21,562 nucleotides of DNA, from the NCBI GenBank assembly GCA_040902485.1, contig JBBDXF010000001.1:1-21562 (forward strand), in the 5' to 3' direction. Position 1 is the first letter of the stretch. Each line of letters begins with the position of its first letter. Origin of the DNA: Myxococcota bacterium. GTDB lineage: Bacteria > Myxococcota_A > UBA9160 > SZUA-336. Below are positions 16,678-21,562 of this stretch, piece after piece. A program made the position numbers and the translations under genes. The notes beneath the pieces are model-generated. The model saw only the letters and a list, made by a program, of their open reading frames with translations. It was not told the origin of the DNA and did not search any database.

Positions 16678-19600
16678 TGGTGGTCAGACACTCCGAAGCC
16701 GCCTTCGAGACCGTCATCGAATCTCACCTGCTGGCGAGCGGCTACGCGCCCATCGCGCCCGAGGGCTTCGACCGCGAGCGAGCGATCTTCCCCGAGACGG
16801 TGCTTGCCTTCATCCGCGAGACCCAACCCAAGGAGTGGGCGAAGCTGGAGACGCTGCACGGCGAGCGCACCGGCGAGCAGGTCCTCGGCGACCTGTGCAA
16901 GTGGATGGATCAGAACGGCGCGCTGGCGACCCTGCGCCACGGGTTCAAGTGTTACGGGCGCACGCTGCACGTGGCGTACTTCAAGGCAGCCCATGAGCTG
17001 AACCCGGAGCTGGAGGCGCGCTACGCCGCGAACCGCGTGGGGCTGACCCGCCAGCTTCGCTTTTCGCCGCGCTCCGAGAAGTCGCTCGACGTGACGCTGA
17101 GCCTGAACGGCGTGCCGGTCGCCACCCTGGAGCTGAAGAACCCGCTCACCGGCCAAAGGGTCGAGGACGCGCGCCGGCAATACAAGCAAGACCGCGATCC
17201 GCGCGAGGCGATCTTCGAGTTCAAGCGGCGCACGCTGGTCCACTTCGCGGTGGACACCGAGTCGGTACTCATGACCACACGACTCGCGGGCAACGCGACG
17301 CACTTCCTGCCGTTTAACAAGGGTTGCGACGGCGGCGCCGGCAACCCGCCCGACCCGACCGGGCGCAGCTATCGTACGGCCTACCTGTGGGAGGAAGTGC
17401 TGCAGAGGGACAGCCTGCTCGATCTGCTCGCACGCTTCATCCACCTCCAGATCGACGAGAAGCGCGACGAGCAGGGCCGCAAGGTCAAGACCGAGTCGAT
17501 GATCTTCCCTCGCTACCACCAGCTTCAGGCCGTGCGCATGCTGGTTGAGGCCGCGCGGAGCGAGGGCGTGGGGCACAACTACCTGGTCGAGCACTCAGCG
17601 GGCAGCGGGAAGAGCAACACTATCGGTTGGCTGACTCATCGTCTCGCGTCCCTGCACGACGCGGCCAACCAGCGCGTCTTCGACAGCGTGATCGTGGTGA
17701 CTGACCGCGTGGTGCTTGATCAGCAGTTGCAGGACACGATCTATGAGTTTGAGCACAAGCGCGGGGTTGTGCAGCGCATCGACGAAAGCTCGAAGCAACT
17801 TGCCGAAGCGCTAGAGAACGCCGTACCAGTAATCATCACCACTTTGCAGAAGTTCCCGTTCGTGTCGCGCCAGTTGCTGAAGCTGGCGGAGGAGCGCGGG
17901 ACGACCGGAACGGGCGCTCTTGTGACCCGGCGCTGCGCCGTCATCGTCGATGAAGCCCACAGCTCACAGGGTGGCGAGACCGCCACCGAGCTCAAGGAGG
18001 TGCTCGGCGGCGAAGGGCTTCGCGAAGCAGCAAAGAAGCGAGCGACAGAGGAAGGCCGCGACGACATGGAGGAGCTCTTCCGCAGCATGGCCAAACGTGG
18101 CCGGCAGGCGAACCTGAGCTTCTTCGCATTCACCGCCACGCCGAAGCACAAGACGCTGGCCGTGTTCGGCCGCGATGGCCAGCCCGCGCACCGCTACACC
18201 ATGCGCCAAGCCATCGAGGAGGAGTTCATCCTCGACGTGCTGAAGAACTACACGTCGTACGCGACCTACTTCAAGCTGCTCAAAGCCTGCGAGGACGACC
18301 CGAACGTCGAGCGCAAGAAAGCCGCGCAAGCGCTGGCGCGCTTCATGAAGCTGCATCCGCACAACATCGCGCAGAAGACCGAGGTGATGGTCGAGCATTT
18401 CCAGGCGGTCACTCGGCACAAGATTGGCGGCCGAGCCAAGGCGATGGTCGTGACCGGCTCTCGCCTCGAGGCTGTGCGCTACAAACAGAGCTTCGATCGT
18501 TACATCCACGAGAAGGGCTACGCCATCAAGACGCTGGTGGCCTTTTCGGGCACGGTGCAGGACGACAAGCTCACGGGCGCGACCTACACCGAAGTGGGGA
18601 TGAACCAGGGTATTTCCGAGAAGGAACTGCCCGAGAAGTTCTCGACGCAGGAATTCCAGGTCCTGCTGGTGGCTGAGAAGTATCAGACCGGTTTCGATCA
18701 ACCGCTCCTGCACACGATGTTCGTGGACAAGCGCCTGGCGGGCATTCAGGCGGTGCAGACGCTGTCACGCCTGAACCGTATTCATCCGCTGAAGGAGGAC
18801 ACCTTCGTCCTCGACTTCGTGAACGACCGCGAGGAGATTCGCGAGGCCTTCAAGGTGTACTACGAAGGTGCGGAGATGGGCGAAGAGGTTGACCCCGCCC
18901 GCATGTACGCGATCAAGGCCGAGCTCGACGCTTCGGGGATCTATCTGGACGAAGAAGTCGAGCGCTTCTGCGCCGTGTATTTCAAGCCCAAACAGCGTCA
19001 GAGCACCTTGGACCATCAGACGATGAACGCCGCGCTCGACCCCGCGGTGTCGCGCTTCACCGTGCGGCAGAAGGACAACGAGGAAGAGGCGGAGCTCTGG
19101 CGCGGGAAGGTGCAGGCGTTTCTGAATCTCTATGGCTTCCTGAGCCAGGTGATTCCATACCAAGATTCGGACTTGGAGCAGCTGTACATCTTCCTGCGCT
19201 ATCTCGCGGCGAAGCTGCCGCGTCGCAAGAATGGCCCCGCCTACCAGTTCGATGATGAGGTGAGGCTCGAGTACTACCGCCTGCAGAAGATCAGCGAGGG
19301 CTCAATCTCGCTCCAAGACGGAGAGGCTCGGCGTCTCGACGGACCCACCGAGGTCGGCAGCGGCCTCTTGCGGCCGCAGCCCGTACCGCTCTCGCAACTC
19401 ATCGATGTGGTGAACGAGCGCTTCGGCACCGACTTCAATCAGGCCGATCAGCTGTTCTTCGATCAAATCGTTGCGGCGGCGATGGCTGACGACGGACTGC
19501 GACAGGCCGCCGCCGTGAACCCCGGCGACAAGTTCGAGCTGGTGTTCAAGAACTTGCTGGACAAGTTGTTCGTCGAGCGCATGGACCTGAACGAGGAAAT

Positions 19601-20219
19601 CTTCGTCCGCTTCATGAACGACGAACCGTTCCAGAAAGTCGTGACGTCTTGGATGGCGTCGGAGGCGTACCGGCGACTGCGAAGCGATGCGACGGAAGGG
19701 GACGGCCGATCAGGAGCCTTGCCACCACAACTGCGGATCGTCGAGCCCAGTCCAGGGGAGCGCTACGTCACCTGCGTACCACTCGTTCCGCTCGAGGCTG
19801 CTGCGGGTGCGTTCGGCGATCCGCAACACATCGCGGACGACGGTTTCGAGTGGGTCGACGTCGAATCGCGCCACCGCCCTCGACGTGGGATGTTCGTCGC
19901 TTTGGTCGTGGGGAAGTCCATGGAGCCACTGATTCCGGACGGCTCCTATTGCCTCTTCGCTGCCCCCGCGGAAGGTGCACGGCATGGGAAGAACGTGCTC
20001 GTCCAGCTCCGCGACGCCACCGACCCTGAGACGGGGGGTCGATACACGGTCAAGCGATACCAGAGCGACAAGATCCAGGTCGGCGACTCGTGGCGACACG
20101 CGGAGATAGTTCTGAAGCCTCTCAATCCTGCATTCGAACCTATCGTACTCAGCAGCTCAGATGAGTCGCAAGCTCAGGTGGTCGCTGAGCTCTTGGAGGT
20201 GCTCGGAACGCGGCGATAG
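16674..20219 (+). CDS. hsdR: Type I restriction endonuclease subunit R with C-terminal S24 (LexA/UmuD/CI-like) peptidase domain
   Basis: Nuclease motif [12 protein letters not shown]; helicase motifs [19 protein letters not shown] and QTLSRLNR. The last ~150 aa carry [19 protein letters not shown] and YTVKRY. Start GTG 16674 or ATG 16677. Confidence 0.95.
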   Translation: MMVVRHSEAAFETVIESHLLASGYAPIAPEGFDRERAIFPETVLAFIRETQPKEWAKLETLHGERTGEQVLGDLCKWMDQNGALATLRHGFKCYGRTLHVAYFKAAHELNPELEARYAANRVGLTRQLRFSPRSEKSLDVTLSLNGVPVATLELKNPLTGQRVEDARRQYKQDRDPREAIFEFKRRTLVHFAVDTESVLMTTRLAGNATHFLPFNKGCDGGAGNPPDPTGRSYRTAYLWEEVLQRDSLLDLLARFIHLQIDEKRDEQGRKVKTESMIFPRYHQLQAVRMLVEAARSEGVGHNYLVEHSAGSGKSNTIGWLTHRLASLHDAANQRVFDSVIVVTDRVVLDQQLQDTIYEFEHKRGVVQRIDESSKQLAEALENAVPVIITTLQKFPFVSRQLLKLAEERGTTGTGALVTRRCAVIVDEAHSSQGGETATELKEVLGGEGLREAAKKRATEEGRDDMEELFRSMAKRGRQANLSFFAFTATPKHKTLAVFGRDGQPAHRYTMRQAIEEEFILDVLKNYTSYATYFKLLKACEDDPNVERKKAAQALARFMKLHPHNIAQKTEVMVEHFQAVTRHKIGGRAKAMVVTGSRLEAVRYKQSFDRYIHEKGYAIKTLVAFSGTVQDDKLTGATYTEVGMNQGISEKELPEKFSTQEFQVLLVAEKYQTGFDQPLLHTMFVDKRLAGIQAVQTLSRLNRIHPLKEDTFVLDFVNDREEIREAFKVYYEGAEMGEEVDPARMYAIKAELDASGIYLDEEVERFCAVYFKPKQRQSTLDHQTMNAALDPAVSRFTVRQKDNEEEAELWRGKVQAFLNLYGFLSQVIPYQDSDLEQLYIFLRYLAAKLPRRKNGPAYQFDDEVRLEYYRLQKISEGSISLQDGEARRLDGPTEVGSGLLRPQPVPLSQLIDVVNERFGTDFNQADQLFFDQIVAAAMADDGLRQAAAVNPGDKFELVFKNLLDKLFVERMDLNEEIFVRFMNDEPFQKVVTSWMASEAYRRLRSDATEGDGRSGALPPQLRIVEPSPGERYVTCVPLVPLEAAAGAFGDPQHIADDGFEWVDVESRHRPRRGMFVALVVGKSMEPLIPDGSYCLFAAPAEGARHGKNVLVQLRDATDPETGGRYTVKRYQSDKIQVGDSWRHAEIVLKPLNPAFEPIVLSSSDESQAQVVAELLEVLGTRR

Positions 20220-20334
20220 TGCCGGTACGACCGACGCTAGCGTCGTAGCGACGCCTGAAGTCGGCCACTCCTTGTCGACGGCCGCTTTCCGCACGACATC
20301 AAAGTCATCGACCCCGGTGTATGATCGCCGAATC

Positions 20335-21150
20335 ATGACCCAACCCATCCTCGTCGACCGCAGAGCCAACGGCGTCGCCACCGTTTCGATGAACCGTCCG
20401 GAGCGCATGAACTCGCTCACCAACGAGCTGCTCTTGCAGCTCGCCGCGAAGCTGCGCGAGGTCGCGGACGACTCGTCCGTGCGGGTCGTCGTGCTGACCG
20501 GCGCGGGCGATCGCGCGTTCTCGGCGGGCGCGGACCTGGCGCCGCCCGACGCGCCGAGCCCGGCCGACCGACACGCGAGCGGGCGGCAGACGCTCGAGGA
20601 GTCGTACGACGGGCTGAAGCGCGTGCAGGAGTCGTCGTGGATCCTGCACACCATGCCCAAGCCGACGATCGCCGCGATCAACGGGGCGGTGGCGGGCGCG
20701 TCGCTCTCGATGTCGATGGCGTGCGATCTGCGCGTCGCGGTCGATGGGGCGGTGTTCACGACGGCGTTCGCGCGCATCGGCTTCTCGGGCGACTTCGGCG
20801 GCTCGTACTTCGCGACCAAGCTCGTCGGCGCGGCGAAGGCGCGCGAGCTGTACCTGCTCGGCGAGCGCTTCGACTCGGCCGAGGCGCTGCGCATCGGCTT
20901 GCTCTACCGCGTGTTCGCGCAGGACGTGTTCCGCAAGGAAGTCGACGCGCTCGCGGACCGCCTGGCCGAGGGCCCGCCGCTCTCGTACCGCTACATGAAG
21001 CGGCACCTGAACCTGGCCGAGCACGGCAACCTGCGCGACGTCCTCGACCTGGAAGCCGAGGCCATGATGTACACCGGCCGCAGCGAGGACTTCCGCGAGG
21101 GCACCGGCGCGTTCCTGGCCAAGAAGAAGGCGAAGTTCACGGGGCGGTAG
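20335..21150 (+). CDS. Enoyl-CoA hydratase/isomerase (crotonase) family protein
   Basis: MNRPERMNSL, VVVLTGAGDRAFSAGADL, PKPTIAAINGAVAGA, ACDLRVA, AFARIGFSGDFG and EDFREG..AF..K..F.GR. Start at ATG 20335. Confidence 0.93.
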   Translation: MTQPILVDRRANGVATVSMNRPERMNSLTNELLLQLAAKLREVADDSSVRVVVLTGAGDRAFSAGADLAPPDAPSPADRHASGRQTLEESYDGLKRVQESSWILHTMPKPTIAAINGAVAGASLSMSMACDLRVAVDGAVFTTAFARIGFSGDFGGSYFATKLVGAAKARELYLLGERFDSAEALRIGLLYRVFAQDVFRKEVDALADRLAEGPPLSYRYMKRHLNLAEHGNLRDVLDLEAEAMMYTGRSEDFREGTGAFLAKKKAKFTGR

Positions 21151-21160
21151 GCGGAAGGCC

Positions 21161-21511
21161 TCAGAAGGAGCGGAGCCCGCCATCGATCACGAGCAGGGCG
21201 GCATTCGGATCCTGGTCGAAAGCCTCGAGGCGTGGTCGCTCTCGACGAAGCAGCGCCGAGATCGCAGCGGTTCCCGCGTTTCCGATCGAGAGCCAGATGA
21301 CCTTCGGAGGATGCCCGTTCACGAAGCTCCGCTGGCGAAAGTCGTTGTCCTTCGACACGATCGCGAAGCCGTTCGAACGAGCGAACTGCCAGATCTCGTC
21401 GTCGGAGCCACCGCGTAGTCCCACGTTGCGAACGTGGTCGGTCTCCGGGAATTCAGCTCGAAGCGTGTCGACGAGCCGAGGGCTCAGGTTCTCGTCGAGC
21501 AGCAGCCTCAA
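21161..21511 (-). CDS. DUF5615 / VapC45-like PIN toxin
   Basis: MRLLLDENLSPRL, HVR..GL.G.SD.EIW.FA, IVSKDNDF, and GHPPKVIWL.IGN. Confidence 0.88.
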   Translation of the reverse strand: MRLLLDENLSPRLVDTLRAEFPETDHVRNVGLRGGSDDEIWQFARSNGFAIVSKDNDFRQRSFVNGHPPKVIWLSIGNAGTAAISALLRRERPRLEAFDQDPNAALLVIDGGLRSF

Positions 21512-21562
21512 GCGCCAGAGATCGCGAGCCGCCGCTCGCGGTCTGCCGCGAGCGACAGGCTC
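21508..21562 (-). CDS. C-terminus of a DUF433 / VapB45-like antitoxin (partial)
   Basis: Minus strand reads ..SLSLAADRERRLAISGA*, like the AADRERR tail of DUF433 proteins. Its TGA overlaps the TTG start of the DUF5615 gene (TTGA). Confidence 0.7.
   Translation of the reverse strand, partial: SLSLAADRERRLAISGA

Larger units (their letters stand above)
6990..20219. other. Anti-phage defence island (Mrr, putative nuclease, and type I R-M with embedded accessory genes)
   Basis: Contiguous block of defence-type genes between signalling and metabolic genes. Several have visibly more A/T-ending codons than the flanks. No integrase or att repeat seen. Confidence 0.8.

Noticed and set aside
6945..20334. 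Calling the defence island a mobile element
   Set aside because: No integrase, transposase, tRNA or flanking direct repeat found by eye in 6945-6989 or 20220-20334.
1..21562. CRISPR array, tRNA or rRNA genes
   Set aside because: The window is almost fully coding, and the short intergenic gaps show no repeat-spacer pattern or cloverleaf.

Overview
GC-rich bacterial DNA with three parts. (1) 1-4143: a membrane GT2 glucosyltransferase (minus strand, runs off the left edge). It is divergent from a translationally coupled operon encoding a signal-peptide-less cobalamin-binding-like protein, an asparagine-synthase-like PP-loop protein with a Zn ribbon, and a Dph6-like ATP pyrophosphatase. The Dph6-like gene breaks off at about 4143, head-on against a truncated minus-strand AAA ATPase; this looks like a chimeric or recombination junction. 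(2) 4582-6944: a hybrid histidine kinase and a V4R-like protein. (3) 6990-20219: a roughly 13 kb defence island with an Mrr-type endonuclease, a small PD-(D/E)xK-like protein, and a fully coupled type I R-M operon: hsdM, hsdS, a 42-codon microORF, a RloC-like zinc-hook ATPase, an HTH-IrrE/ImmA peptidase, a DUF4411 PIN protein, and hsdR fused to a C-terminal LexA/S24 peptidase domain. The window ends with an enoyl-CoA hydratase and a DUF433/DUF5615-like toxin-antitoxin pair. All family calls come from motif recognition by eye; no searches were run.
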